Below, piece after piece: positions 38,964 through 49,656 of a DNA stretch of 64,000 nucleotides. The translations under genes were made by a program, and so were the position numbers. The notes beneath the pieces are model-generated. The model did not search any database. It saw only the letters and a program-made list of their open reading frames with translations, and was not told the origin of the DNA. Numbering within the stretch: position 1 is the first letter of the stretch; every line of letters begins with the position of its first letter. This DNA comes from a virus. The stretch lies in IMG/VR virus record IMGVR_UViG_3300007512_000011, positions 50,968-114,967 of that record, one strand, 5' to 3'.

Positions 38964-40904
38964 CTAAATGACGTCCATGTCTAGGCATGTAACAGTACCG
39001 TAGAAATCATTACGAACCATCTTCTTGCCGTAGCGAGTCATCACGCCCTTACGGGGTGTGAAGTCCTCTGGCGCGAAGATCGTCGGTGTAACGATTAGCG
39101 GCACGTACGGAGCGTAAACGTATCCGGTTTCAAGGTAGCTACCGCCCTTATAACCAACAAGAACCTTGTTGCGTGGGAAGTAAGGGTCCTTGTAGACCGT
39201 GAAACGGTTGCTCAATGTACCAACCGGTGCTGCACCCAGCGAGAATGGCTGGCTGACCTGTCCATCTCCGTCAAGGCTGTACTGCGGCTTGTAAAGAACC
39301 GAAGCCTCGAAGACGGTTGCGACCTCAGGTGAGCAAACAACGAAGTTCGCTGAGCCACGGAGTGTCTTTCTGTGGATCTCATTTGCGACGTCGATGATTG
39401 TCTCAACAAGTGTCTCGTACCATTCACGGACTGTACCTGTGAAGGATGGTCCGCCAGCGAGTGTGCTGGACCTGGTTGCCTCTGCTCCGTTCTGCTTGTT
39501 GACAAACTTACCTGGTGCGCGTGACCAGAAGAAGTTAGTGTCAGCCTGCGTCAGGAGATCGTTCAGGATCTCACGGTCGATCTCAAGAGCAATCTGCTCG
39601 GAGAGAATCTGTGTGAGTTCAACCTCAGCATCCAGTGAGTGGTATGCGTTGAGGTCCTGCGCGAGTTCTGGCGACCAGCGAGCACGTAGCTTACGGGTCT
39701 GTGCTGTAACAGCAATCGACTCAATCTTGATGTCGATCTCAGGGATTGCAGGTGATGGAGAAGTACCAAAGTCCGACTCAAAGGACGGAATTGTAAGTGC
39801 TGAACCATCGGCTGTGTCCACATTTAGACCATCTGCAATTGCGTACGAAGCTGTCAGGTTTGCCACGCCGGCTGGGAACGCCTTGTGTGATCCTGTGACG
39901 ACAACTAGAAGTGCTGCATTAGCAGAAGTTCGCTGTATAAGCGGGTTAGAGGTGAATACGCCACCGGCGAATGTACCGATCTGGTTCAGACGACGAACGT
40001 TGACGAGGTTCTTACCGCCCTGAATTGACTCAGGGACAGCAGCGAGACCCATACCGCCTGCTGCTTGATCAGCACCCATATCAGCATCTGAGTAGAGTGA
40101 AACGTCCTTGACTAGCGATGTGTCCATGTTCGCGAAGTTTGAGGACGCGAGATCAAGAATAAGCAACTGGAATTCACCTGTTGTATTCCCGTTATTTGGA
40201 ACATCATCCTCAATGAGCTTCAGAAGCTGTGGATCGAACTGTAGCAGACGTCCGTCTGTACCTGTAGCAGCGCACTTTCGGCCGTCCTGCAGTGTGGCAT
40301 TGCCCTGGAAGGCACCTGATGCTAGGATATTACCTGTGGTACAGATAATAGAAGAACTGTGAACACGTGTGTAAGATGTTCCAGCGAGATCATACTGACC
40401 ACCTGTTGCTAGAGAACCACTTCTGATACCCTTGCCTGCCGGGTTGTTGTAGATCGACTGACCCAACGCGTAGGTTTGTGCATCAGCACCTGTATTTGCA
40501 GCACCCGTTTGGAGGTTAGTATCACCACCAACGCGAGTTCCATACGTGTAATCCAGGTAGAAGAGCAGTCCGGAGGGAAGGCTCATCGGCTGAATTGAAA
40601 CTAGCTCGTTAGAAACGAGACCACCGAATACACGGCGGACGATTGGGAACGCGATGTTGGTAAAACCGCGAAGGTCACCTGATGAAGACAGCGCTCCAGC
40701 ACCTGTCGACAGTGAGTTAGACTCACGAAGCAGCTGTGCAGCCTGATTTTCCAGGAGACGGGACATGACTTCGCGATTGTGATCGCCAAGCCCACGAAGC
40801 AGTCCTGTTCGGGACCACTTCTCAACGAGTCTTGTGCCTTCGGATCCGACGTGTCGTGCGCGGATACCTTCAGTCAACTGCTCGAGTGTGAATTTCTTAG
40901 ACAT
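38964..40904 (-). CDS. gp23: Major capsid protein (gp23-like) with a large central insertion
   Basis: LVEKW...LLENQ, PIVRRV, VSIQPMSLPSGLLFYL, VTAQTRKLRARWSPELAQDL.AYH.LDAE.EL, YAPYVPL, PRKGVMTRYG. Confidence 0.95.
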   Translation of the reverse strand: MSKKFTLEQLTEGIRARHVGSEGTRLVEKWSRTGLLRGLGDHNREVMSRLLENQAAQLLRESNSLSTGAGALSSSGDLRGFTNIAFPIVRRVFGGLVSNELVSIQPMSLPSGLLFYLDYTYGTRVGGDTNLQTGAANTGADAQTYALGQSIYNNPAGKGIRSGSLATGGQYDLAGTSYTRVHSSSIICTTGNILASGAFQGNATLQDGRKCAATGTDGRLLQFDPQLLKLIEDDVPNNGNTTGEFQLLILDLASSNFANMDTSLVKDVSLYSDADMGADQAAGGMGLAAVPESIQGGKNLVNVRRLNQIGTFAGGVFTSNPLIQRTSANAALLVVVTGSHKAFPAGVANLTASYAIADGLNVDTADGSALTIPSFESDFGTSPSPAIPEIDIKIESIAVTAQTRKLRARWSPELAQDLNAYHSLDAEVELTQILSEQIALEIDREILNDLLTQADTNFFWSRAPGKFVNKQNGAEATRSSTLAGGPSFTGTVREWYETLVETIIDVANEIHRKTLRGSANFVVCSPEVATVFEASVLYKPQYSLDGDGQVSQPFSLGAAPVGTLSNRFTVYKDPYFPRNKVLVGYKGGSYLETGYVYAPYVPLIVTPTIFAPEDFTPRKGVMTRYGKKMVRNDFYGTVTCLDMDVI

Positions 40905-40945
40905 AATTGTTTCCTTTTTATGTTATGCTGTTGAATTACTTTACT

Positions 40946-42415
40946 TTACTTTAATCCGGCTAGTTGTGCCCACCGGCTCACCTCAGATGCCTCAGATGTT
41001 TGGGCAGAAGCCCTCTTTGTTGCACGTGATGATGATCCAAGAGTCCGTCTAACCGTTGACTCCGAGAGATTTTCCGACTTGACCGTCGAGAGTGATTCTG
41101 TCAGGCTCTTGTATAGCAACTTCACTTCTCTTAAGCTTCTTGCATTATCTAGCGACTCGATAATCGAGCGTCGCTGGTCTGTGGAGACCTTAGGATTCTG
41201 CAGCAGCTTATTTACGTAGAGTAGCTTAGCATTAAACAAGTTCAAGTCTGTCAACTGCTCACGAAGTGTTTCAACAGCACTTCTGTATTCATTGAGCTTT
41301 TCTGTAAGAGCTCGATTATGACGGCTCTTTTTCTGGAGCTCAGTACGGAGCTCCGATAAAACGTTAAGTTCTTGGTCAAGCGGATCGTTTCCAGCATCTC
41401 CGCCACCAAAATGTGATGCCATCGCTGAGGCATCTCCTTCTGAAAGTTGCGACCGTAAGCGCTTCAGCTCAGCTGCAAGCATCTTCGGATCGATTTCATA
41501 TACTTCTTCAAGGCCGGGAAGTTCTTCAGGAAGCTCTTCAACCGCTTCTGGTTCTTCTGGTTCTTCTGCCTCTTCCTCAGCTTCAACCTCACCTTCCTCT
41601 TCCTCTTCCTCTTCCACCACGGAGACAGTGGGCATAAGGTCTTCGGGAAGCTCAAGATCACCGAGATCAATTTCTAGCTTAGCTTCATAGAGGCTCATGA
41701 TCTCCTCAAGAGTCTCCTCAGATACATGGTAGCCTTCATCTTCTTCCTCTAGGGCATCTGAAGACTCTTCGACGGATTCACCCGCCACCTCTTCGCCGCC
41801 GAGGCCTGCTTCTTCCATTGCATCGTGCTGGGCTTCATCGAGGCCCATCGTCTCTGTCAGTTCGTCGAGATCTATCTCGTAAAGAATTTCATCTGGTTTT
41901 GACATTCCTGTGTTCTCCGTGTGTAGGTTGTCCTCAATATTTATTACGTCAGGGTCAAAAAAATCAGCCCCTTCATTAAATTTACTAGCTATCTGCAGCA
42001 GCTTTTGTCTATCTTCATCACTTAAACTAGAAAATGACTCGCTGAGAGCGTCATTGAGAGCTCCCTCAGTAGATGATGATGAGAGAGCATTTGCTAACTC
42101 TTCTCCACCAATTAACTCAACTAGAGACTTTAACGCACTTTCGTCTAGCGCAACACTTTCCTCATCCATTATTGGAAGAGGGTGGGTAACCTCGTCACTA
42201 TCTTCATCTTGCATCGCGCCCTTAAGCACAGGATCACTATCACTAGGTGTGTCATCTGAGCCATCACGGCTTCCTTCACCAATTAGCTGCTCTTCAATAA
42301 AGCTTCTAATTCTGGGCGTCACGGCCTCGATGATTGCATTTTTCGCATTTTGTTCAGCTACCTGTCTGAGTGTCTTCGCCTCAGCGATAGCTTCGTCATA
42401 AAGTGACTTTGACAT
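40946..42415 (-). CDS. Prohead core scaffold protein (gp22-like position)
   Basis: Very acidic, coiled-coil; LFNAKLLYVNKL; ends RWAQLAGL directly before the MCP. Start placed at 42415 (MSKSLY; track 42430). Confidence 0.7.
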   Translation of the reverse strand: MSKSLYDEAIAEAKTLRQVAEQNAKNAIIEAVTPRIRSFIEEQLIGEGSRDGSDDTPSDSDPVLKGAMQDEDSDEVTHPLPIMDEESVALDESALKSLVELIGGEELANALSSSSTEGALNDALSESFSSLSDEDRQKLLQIASKFNEGADFFDPDVINIEDNLHTENTGMSKPDEILYEIDLDELTETMGLDEAQHDAMEEAGLGGEEVAGESVEESSDALEEEDEGYHVSEETLEEIMSLYEAKLEIDLGDLELPEDLMPTVSVVEEEEEEEGEVEAEEEAEEPEEPEAVEELPEELPGLEEVYEIDPKMLAAELKRLRSQLSEGDASAMASHFGGGDAGNDPLDQELNVLSELRTELQKKSRHNRALTEKLNEYRSAVETLREQLTDLNLFNAKLLYVNKLLQNPKVSTDQRRSIIESLDNARSLREVKLLYKSLTESLSTVKSENLSESTVRRTLGSSSRATKRASAQTSEASEVSRWAQLAGLK

Positions 42416-42436
42416 GGTTATCCCTCGCATGATTAA

Positions 42437-43123
42437 TTATTCGGCGTCTTCGGAAATTGCATCATATTCATCACTAGATGCCTCATCGAAATCAAGATCA
42501 GCTAACAATCGCATAATTTTGACCCTCTGTCTTAAAATTGCTCTCTCATCATCATCCAAAATATCGTACAGTGAAAGAGCTGGCATAGTATCTTCTGGCT
42601 GGCCTAATGATAAAGGTGATCGTGATGTTCCGTATTGGGTCCCTGTCCGTCTATAGGGACCAGTAGTTCTAAACGCTTGATTTGCATTTCCAGTGCCAAG
42701 AGGCGGACCATCGAAACCATTTGGGTATAGGACTCTATTTGAAAATGGAGATATTGTATCAGATACTCGGGGAAGACGCTTCTCTGCCATGGGTGCCAGA
42801 TCTAATCTCTGGTTTCTAACAAATGTTGCTCTATCTGCACGTCTACTTGGATCGGATCTACGATAAATCTGGTTTACCTTAGTAACAAATGCATCTAAAT
42901 CATCTAAGTCGCCAAATATCTCATCAAAGAACTCTTCTTGCTCCTCATCATCAAAATGATATTTTGGGGGCTCAGCATAAATTCCATGTGCACCAGTTAA
43001 TGCCCTATCAGATCCCAGGCCTGTTCCAGTGCTAGGCAGCTTTCCCTTAAGTGTACCATAGCCGCCGCCCTGGTTAGCATCATAGCCTCCAGGATTATAG
43101 TAGTGATGCTTAAATGACATCAC
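42437..43123 (-). CDS. Hypothetical protein in the head cluster
   Basis: Tightly packed ORF; Gly-rich, acidic ends. Confidence 0.55.
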   Translation of the reverse strand: MMSFKHHYYNPGGYDANQGGGYGTLKGKLPSTGTGLGSDRALTGAHGIYAEPPKYHFDDEEQEEFFDEIFGDLDDLDAFVTKVNQIYRRSDPSRRADRATFVRNQRLDLAPMAEKRLPRVSDTISPFSNRVLYPNGFDGPPLGTGNANQAFRTTGPYRRTGTQYGTSRSPLSLGQPEDTMPALSLYDILDDDERAILRQRVKIMRLLADLDFDEASSDEYDAISEDAE

Positions 43124-43129
43124 TCACCT

Positions 43130-43633
43130 TCAATTTCTACCGTCAGAACCCCTGAAGGATCGTCCTGAGATATAATCACCGATTTTTTGTGATGCTATCT
43201 GCTGTGACGTTTCGATGGGTGTTGTTTGTCCACCTAACCCACTTCCAAACTCAACGCCGGCTTCAGGTAGCTCACCATCAAAAGGTGCTTGATCATTGGG
43301 AAAAATGCTTCCTGGTCCAGGTGATGTTGGGTTGGGAACAAAGGGAGAAGCTGGCAAACCATTACCGCCTGTTTTCACATCATTTAAATCAGGGACAGGA
43401 TTTTGCTCTGTTCCCACAAAGTCACGATTAAATGAGTTTAATCCAAGGCCGCTCTGGACGTTTCCATCCATTGCAAGCCTCTGATAGGTCAAGCGTCTCT
43501 CCTCATCCTTTATCTGATTACTATAGATCGGAGATGCAGAAAATGATTTCTGGAGATTTTTTTCATTCCTTGCACCGAAAGGCTTATCATCTGGAGCAGC
43601 AGGATTGACTGTTATTTGTTTGACTTCTGCCAT
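43130..43633 (-). CDS. Hypothetical Pro/Gly-rich protein in the head cluster
   Basis: Tightly packed ORF; PASPFVPNPTSPGPG. Confidence 0.55.
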   Translation of the reverse strand: MAEVKQITVNPAAPDDKPFGARNEKNLQKSFSASPIYSNQIKDEERRLTYQRLAMDGNVQSGLGLNSFNRDFVGTEQNPVPDLNDVKTGGNGLPASPFVPNPTSPGPGSIFPNDQAPFDGELPEAGVEFGSGLGGQTTPIETSQQIASQKIGDYISGRSFRGSDGRN

Positions 43634-43636
43634 TTA

Positions 43637-43894
43637 TTAGAGATCCTTTAAAATATCACTTTTCAAAGCTTCTCGAATCCTAACGATTCTTTCTAGCTGC
43701 TTTTTAAGATTAGACTCATGAATTCCTAGCTTTTTTGCATGATCAATCTTATGAGAAAGTGTGCTTGCTTGATCTGCTGCGTCAACCTCTTCTGCTTTCT
43801 CAGCTCCTGGAAGACCTGCTTCTTGCATCTTTTGTCTTTCCTCAAGAACGAGTTGTTTTAGAAGTTCTGGTGTTAATTTAGTTACATTAGACAT
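43637..43894 (-). CDS. Small hypothetical prohead-associated protein
   Basis: KLTPELLKQLVLEE N-terminus; SD AGGAG; late-type motif at 43924-43931. Confidence 0.6.
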   Translation of the reverse strand: MSNVTKLTPELLKQLVLEERQKMQEAGLPGAEKAEEVDAADQASTLSHKIDHAKKLGIHESNLKKQLERIVRIREALKSDILKDL

Positions 43895-43962
43895 TGTGGG
43901 AAGCTCCTCTATTATGCGCAGTTATACATATTCCGCTAGTCTTAAATTGACGCTAAAAGCTT

Positions 43963-44436
43963 TTATCCCTTTTGGGATGACTCTGTAAATGCTAATGCTG
44001 CCCAATTAGTTGCTGACTCTGAAAAGAGTGCCATGGGATCACTGCCTGCTACCTGTCTAGCTGCAGTATCTCCTGCTGCAGATGAGGCCATTGCTGTCCC
44101 GCCGGGTCCAACTCTTTCAACAGATGATTGTTCCTGCAGTGTTGTAAGAGCTGTGTCTGTAAGAATTGAAGCAAGAACAGGATCTTCAGTTATAGATTTT
44201 GCAGCATTCTGCGCGAGCTTTGCTTCTTGCAATCTTTGACGTTTTGGGTTTTGAGGCTTCTTTCCAAACTCAATTTTATCAAGCGCAGACCCTCTACTCG
44301 GGGTAGAAGCACGAGAAGGATTCTTTCTCTCAGAAAGTGAAACACGATTTGTATCTGTATCAATTCCCTCCTGGAGAATCTCTACCAGACATTCCTTAAC
44401 GATTCCTTTGAGAGCACTTCTTGAAATTGTTGACAT
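43963..44436 (-). CDS. Hypothetical prohead-associated protein
   Basis: TAATG coupling to the protease stop; LKGIVKECLVEILQEG N-terminus. Confidence 0.6.
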   Translation of the reverse strand: MSTISRSALKGIVKECLVEILQEGIDTDTNRVSLSERKNPSRASTPSRGSALDKIEFGKKPQNPKRQRLQEAKLAQNAAKSITEDPVLASILTDTALTTLQEQSSVERVGPGGTAMASSAAGDTAARQVAGSDPMALFSESATNWAALAFTESSQKG

Positions 44437-45050
44437 TATTCCTGCCAAGATAGGATTTCATTAAAGATCCTATCAATACGATCACTTCGAGTAAAAACCT
44501 TATCTAGCTCCTGCTTATTAACAACCTTTCCTTCTCTTAGCATGAAGGCACCTGGTGTTGAGGGTTCGCTAACCATGTCAAAGCATATCAGCTGAAAATC
44601 CTCTTGGACAACCTGGTTGTCTCCTTGACGGCGGGTGGACCCGACGCCCCTCGATGAAATTCCAAGGGTTACACCTGAGGACACTAAGCTCTGTAAGATC
44701 TTTCCGCTTGGAGTATCTAATAACTCGACAGTTCCTACAACAGCATCACCTTCCATTTTAGCATCTCTAATAATATGAGAAGCATTTTTTAATTCGACCA
44801 CAGATGTATCAGGATGATCACACTCACCTAATGCCCTGTTCTCTTTAATAAACTTCTGGTAATTGAGAACTTCTCTTTCAAGAATTGCCCTAGGGTAAAT
44901 TCTGCCATTTTGGTTAAGTGTATCTGCCTTCTGCAAAACACCCCGAAGAACTATTCTTCCTCCGTTTCTATCGATAGACTCCTGTATCATCTCAGCTGTG
45001 TATGAGAGCGGTGTCCACTCTGTTAAAAGTTTCATATCGGAATTATTCAT
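44436..45050 (-). CDS. gp21: Prohead core protease (gp21-like)
   Basis: QKADTLNQNGRIYP, ALGECDHP, TPSGKIL, GISSRGVGS, FDMVSEPSTPGA. Confidence 0.93.
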   Translation of the reverse strand: MNNSDMKLLTEWTPLSYTAEMIQESIDRNGGRIVLRGVLQKADTLNQNGRIYPRAILEREVLNYQKFIKENRALGECDHPDTSVVELKNASHIIRDAKMEGDAVVGTVELLDTPSGKILQSLVSSGVTLGISSRGVGSTRRQGDNQVVQEDFQLICFDMVSEPSTPGAFMLREGKVVNKQELDKVFTRSDRIDRIFNEILSWQE

Positions 45051-45897
45051 TTAAAGCCTCCGTTATCTCATCTTTTAACTGTGAGATAACTAAAAATCGT
45101 GAAATTGTCGCATCTGTTATATCTTCAACAGATTCTGACACTATTCTCTCTTTAACATCACACATCTTTTCCATCAGGATTTGGTTGTCTGTCTGCTGTT
45201 GTAATCTATCAAGATCAGACAGCACTGTCTCTCGCAATGCTGCAAGAGATTGCTTAATGGATTCTCCCTCGTCGTTTGCGATAGAGAAAACATAGGACTT
45301 TATGAGATCACGCTGTGTTTCATTCAAGCAGCTTCCATATTTCTCGTTAAATTTCTCAGACAAGATCTTGACAACCAAGGTGTCAACATCCGGATTCACA
45401 TCTTGCTCTAGCTGCTTAGCCTCTTTTTCTAATAGCAACCACTCAACCATCTTTCCTTCGAACTCAACAATCTTTGATAAATCTGATCTATCGAGCTCTC
45501 TCCAGCCGTTAAGCAGTGTTTGAATTGTCGCGTACGTCTTATACTCTTCAATACGACGGTGATAAAAAGCTGAATCATCAAGACTGTGATTAATGTCTCG
45601 TATGAGGAGTGATTTTTCTCTATCTAGACGATCTGTATTACATCTTCTAGCTGCATGTTTTGCCTCAGTAAGAATGCTAGCAGCAACTGGGGTATCTGAT
45701 ACAGTTGTCTGTGCGAGAGCATTAAACAGTCTAAATTCTTTATAAAGCTCAGTTGTCTTATGAAATCTGGTCTCTATGATGCTTAGCGCTTTTTGTGCCG
45801 ACTGCTTATCATCTCGGATTAAAGCTTCTGAGATGTGCCTTAGTAGCAGCTCATAGATTATGCCCACGTTTCTCTTTTTGTTGTGACCTCTAGCCAT
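45043..45897 (-). CDS. Hypothetical head protein between portal and protease
   Basis: HNKKRNVGIIYELL N-terminus; helical; many L-x-E sites. Confidence 0.6.
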   Translation of the reverse strand: MARGHNKKRNVGIIYELLLRHISEALIRDDKQSAQKALSIIETRFHKTTELYKEFRLFNALAQTTVSDTPVAASILTEAKHAARRCNTDRLDREKSLLIRDINHSLDDSAFYHRRIEEYKTYATIQTLLNGWRELDRSDLSKIVEFEGKMVEWLLLEKEAKQLEQDVNPDVDTLVVKILSEKFNEKYGSCLNETQRDLIKSYVFSIANDEGESIKQSLAALRETVLSDLDRLQQQTDNQILMEKMCDVKERIVSESVEDITDATISRFLVISQLKDEITEALNE

Positions 45898-45904
45898 GAG
45901 TGAC

Positions 45905-48022
45905 TTAATCCTCCTCTGATGAATTCGTAGTCTCAGAGATTACTTTACTGTTAATACCTATCCGAGACTCAAGTGATTTTAATGCAGAACGCATCTGTCC
46001 TGTCATTTTTGACTGTGTTTCAATTCGATCATCAAGAATCTCTAAAAAGTCCCTGCCTTGAAGCTCGCTCAATTTTGGTAGTTTGTGTGCTCTTGACAGC
46101 GGGTTTATATCAGATTTTCTCTCACTATTTCTCTTATACTTAGTTAATTTTCTAGCATACGGATGGGCAATGGAATCTGACGCATTTTTTGGATCATGAG
46201 ACACGAGGCGAAGATGATCTGTGTCCTGGTTGTTCGAATTACGACGGCGTTTTCTTTTCTCTTCTTCTTCTGATGGCTCTATATCGATATCTACATCGAT
46301 ATCTACATCCACATCTATATCAGAATCATCAATATGCGCGTCAATATCTTCATTCAAGACACCCGCTAATAAGTTAACACGGTTCTGTGCTTTGATCGGC
46401 GAGCCCTCATCCTCAATCGATAATCTACTAAGATCAATAGCATCTTCAAGGTCATCTGATTCATCGATTGAGTCGCCTGCCACTATGTTTAAGTTCAGAC
46501 TGTTTCTATCGTCACCCGCTAGCTCAGTCGGAGGAGCTTCTAGTCCCGCCTCCTCTTCAGGAGCCTCCGGGGGTTCCTCTCCTGGGGCAATAGCAAGACC
46601 AGCCTCAGCTTCCTCTGGAATCTGCACGGCTTCGACCTCTAGATCTCTCTGCTTATCAAGGATTCTACCAGCAAGTATTGCACTAATCTCATCGTCAGTC
46701 ATGCTGAATAGATTCTTTCTAAGCCAAGTCTTATCGACCAGACCCTCGACCTGTGCAGCTGTTCCTGCGATTTCAAATCGAGAGCGATACAGCTCTAGCT
46801 TTTGCTGTTGCGCAATGGTTGAAGGATTAGATAGTTGCAATGTGAAATCAAGAAGATCCTCTCCCTCAAACCCATTACAGTACAGGTGAATAATTGCGAT
46901 CTTATTCATCTCAGCGACAATGGTTCTCTGTATTCTTGCAATGGTTCTTGAAAATCTAATATCTTCCTGGGAGAGAGTTGCCTTTGCACCCAGGCCTTCA
47001 TCATAGCCTAGATATGCCTTTGGTATTTTGAGAGCAGCAAAAAGTTTTTTCTGAATGTACTCTACATCTTCGATAGCTGTTGCATTCTGCCCACCTGCAA
47101 GTGTATCAATCTTCGTGCCTGATTCACCACCTCTAACGGGCAGGTAATAATCCTCATCAACTGATAATGGGTTATATCTAAGATCTACTCGACCAGAGTC
47201 TTTATTAACAACTGACGCCTTTTTAAGGGTTGACTGAACCTGCTCCATGTAATTGGGAATATCCTCAGGGGGAACATTACCCACATCAACGTAGAATACA
47301 CGACGCTCAGGAGACCGAACGACACGATAGACAAGCATTGCGTCCTCAACAAGTATTAGCTGTCGCCAGATACGTCGAGCTGACTCGAGTACAGATGTAC
47401 CATATGGAAGAAATGCATCATTTGCGAGAACACGCATGTGAGTGACCTGCCAGTTCTCAAGCACCTGGTTTCCTTGAGTTACCCACCTATATCTAACTGC
47501 CATAGGATCTTTTGGATCAAATCCTTCCTCACGCTCTACCTCATTCACAGGCATTGGGTATGCGTTTATTACACCGTGCTCTGGACTCACATCGTTAAAA
47601 AGAAAAAAGTCGCCATACTTGCAGAGAGTCCTAACCCAAGCAGACAGATTAAATTCAACATTAATTGTGTCATAAAACAATTCGCTTAAAATCTTTTTAA
47701 TCGTCGGATTCTCTGAGTGTATGTGTAGGACGCTTCCTTTCTCATCTGCTGCAACAGACTCCTCAGAGTATATGTCAAGTGCTGAGCTGATTTCAGGTGT
47801 GTACTCCATCTCACTAAAATCACTATAGCGTGCCATTCGATCATATGTGCCATAAGCCGACATGGCTGTGCTATAAACGTGGCTCTGATTCTTTCGAAAC
47901 ATATCAAAGGCTGAAGATGTTACACCGCCTTTGTCAAAGTCACGAACCCTTCTCTTTATGACAGGACCACTGCGAAATAGCAGGGTTAGTCTCCTGAATA
48001 GTCCTTCTGATTTATCTGCCAT
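45905..48022 (-). CDS. gp20: Portal protein (gp20-like) with long acidic C-terminal extension
   Basis: EDAMLVYRVVRSPERRVFYVDVGNVP, EDYYLPVRGG...IDTLAGG, DVEYIQKKLFAALKIP, EDIRF. Confidence 0.93.
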   Translation of the reverse strand: MADKSEGLFRRLTLLFRSGPVIKRRVRDFDKGGVTSSAFDMFRKNQSHVYSTAMSAYGTYDRMARYSDFSEMEYTPEISSALDIYSEESVAADEKGSVLHIHSENPTIKKILSELFYDTINVEFNLSAWVRTLCKYGDFFLFNDVSPEHGVINAYPMPVNEVEREEGFDPKDPMAVRYRWVTQGNQVLENWQVTHMRVLANDAFLPYGTSVLESARRIWRQLILVEDAMLVYRVVRSPERRVFYVDVGNVPPEDIPNYMEQVQSTLKKASVVNKDSGRVDLRYNPLSVDEDYYLPVRGGESGTKIDTLAGGQNATAIEDVEYIQKKLFAALKIPKAYLGYDEGLGAKATLSQEDIRFSRTIARIQRTIVAEMNKIAIIHLYCNGFEGEDLLDFTLQLSNPSTIAQQQKLELYRSRFEIAGTAAQVEGLVDKTWLRKNLFSMTDDEISAILAGRILDKQRDLEVEAVQIPEEAEAGLAIAPGEEPPEAPEEEAGLEAPPTELAGDDRNSLNLNIVAGDSIDESDDLEDAIDLSRLSIEDEGSPIKAQNRVNLLAGVLNEDIDAHIDDSDIDVDVDIDVDIDIEPSEEEEKRKRRRNSNNQDTDHLRLVSHDPKNASDSIAHPYARKLTKYKRNSERKSDINPLSRAHKLPKLSELQGRDFLEILDDRIETQSKMTGQMRSALKSLESRIGINSKVISETTNSSEED
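46281..46321. repeat. Short tandem repeat in the portal gene (D-I/V dipeptides)
   Basis: ATCGATATCTAC twice plus degenerate copies, encoding DIDVDVDIDVDIDI. Confidence 0.6.
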
Positions 48023-48030
48023 TTTCTAGC

Positions 48031-49656
48031 TCACTTATACACCCAGTCAAACTCAGATAGGGCATGCTGCTTTTTATTCCATTCACCTGAGAGCTTGCTT
48101 TTCTTAAAGTCATCGGGTTGCACCTTAGGGTCTCTTGTTGCTGATGAATAAGGCCTTCCTTCTGTTATTGCACCGGGCATATCATCGTAGCTATTACGGG
48201 TCATCTTCATAGCCTTAAGCATGGCATCATTTAGATCTGATGAGGATCGACCGTGATCAGCTGAGGTGTCATATAACCAGGTTCCGATTGCCATGCTCAT
48301 AACAAGATCGTCATTATAGCCTTTCATTGCCTGTGCTTTACTTCCAGACCAGACAAATGTTTTTAGTTCATCATAAAATCTAGAAGAATAAATCTTAATT
48401 TGCTTATTTCTTATTACCTCTTCTAGTTTTGATAAAATTAGATTTCTACTTTTGCCGCTGGTGGTAAATCCAGCAATCTCATTATCATTTTTTGGCACAT
48501 AGTCTCCTATGTAGACACCCTTACGCCTTTTATGGTAGAGATTGGGATACTGCATTTCTTTCAACTTCAGAACTGTTGCATATCCGTAGCTATTATTCTC
48601 AGGACACAGCAATGCCTTATTATATCTGATGCCAAAATCGTGTAAAAGTTCGGCAAATCGGTCTGGGGGGATCTTTCCCTTATACTCTGCAACACACTCA
48701 CCCTCTGTGACATCAATTATGTGGAATGCGGAGTAATCTCTTGAGTCACCCCTTGAAATATCAGCTGAAATGATATAATGATGCTCTGTTAGTGGGTATT
48801 TCCAGATCCACACATTCATGTCAGGACCTGCTCTCTCCTTCGGAGGTATGCACTCCAATCTGATCCACTCGATGTCAGAATCAGACAAAAATGTGTCTCC
48901 TGATGAGGCGAAGTCGCAAAGATACTCTTGAGAGATTTGACGATTTGATAGATTTTTTGTCGTCTTATCAAACCATTCCTGGCCTCTTTCTGGGTGCACA
49001 TCCCAGGGCAACTTTATGGCTGCAAATTCATTAAGCCCTGCTTCAGCGTCTGTATAGAGCTTGTAATACTGACCTCCCACACCATTAGGTGTCGAGAGAA
49101 TAATCACTCGACCACCTGTGCTAATTGTGGGGTATAGTCCTGTCCACAGATCATCAAAGTTTCTAACAAATGCTGCTTCATCGATGATCAACAGAGACAG
49201 AGCTTCAGAACGTCCTGCATCCTCTGATGTTGGGATTGCCTTAATGGATGATCCATGACTAAATTCTAGCAACTGCTTATTATTTGTTACTAGCTCGGGC
49301 AAAACAAGCCACGGCGGCAAGGATCTGACCATTGTCTTCACCTTGCCAATAAAGTTCTGTGCAACACTTAATTTGGTTGCAATAATGAGTATGTTCTTAT
49401 CTTTCTGAAATAGAGCAAGCCACACAGAGTAGGCTGCAACAAGAGTTGACATTCCTAGCTGCCTAGACTTCAATATTATGCTGAATCTATTCTCTATGAA
49501 TTTTTCAACACATTCATCCTGAAATTCATACGTGTCAAATTTAATCAATCCGCGAACAGGGTGTTGAATTTTTAGATAGTTGTTAAAAAAATAAGCTGGA
49601 TCTTTTCCACATTTAACTATCTCTTTTATCTGGTTTGACTTATTAATTTTTGGCAT
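48031..49656 (-). CDS. gp17: Terminase large subunit (gp17-like)
   Basis: KSRQLGMST (Walker A region), LLIIDEAAF (Walker B), STPNG, QEY.C.F, ADISRG, ENNSYG, DDLVMS. Confidence 0.93.
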   Translation of the reverse strand: MPKINKSNQIKEIVKCGKDPAYFFNNYLKIQHPVRGLIKFDTYEFQDECVEKFIENRFSIILKSRQLGMSTLVAAYSVWLALFQKDKNILIIATKLSVAQNFIGKVKTMVRSLPPWLVLPELVTNNKQLLEFSHGSSIKAIPTSEDAGRSEALSLLIIDEAAFVRNFDDLWTGLYPTISTGGRVIILSTPNGVGGQYYKLYTDAEAGLNEFAAIKLPWDVHPERGQEWFDKTTKNLSNRQISQEYLCDFASSGDTFLSDSDIEWIRLECIPPKERAGPDMNVWIWKYPLTEHHYIISADISRGDSRDYSAFHIIDVTEGECVAEYKGKIPPDRFAELLHDFGIRYNKALLCPENNSYGYATVLKLKEMQYPNLYHKRRKGVYIGDYVPKNDNEIAGFTTSGKSRNLILSKLEEVIRNKQIKIYSSRFYDELKTFVWSGSKAQAMKGYNDDLVMSMAIGTWLYDTSADHGRSSSDLNDAMLKAMKMTRNSYDDMPGAITEGRPYSSATRDPKVQPDDFKKSKLSGEWNKKQHALSEFDWVYK

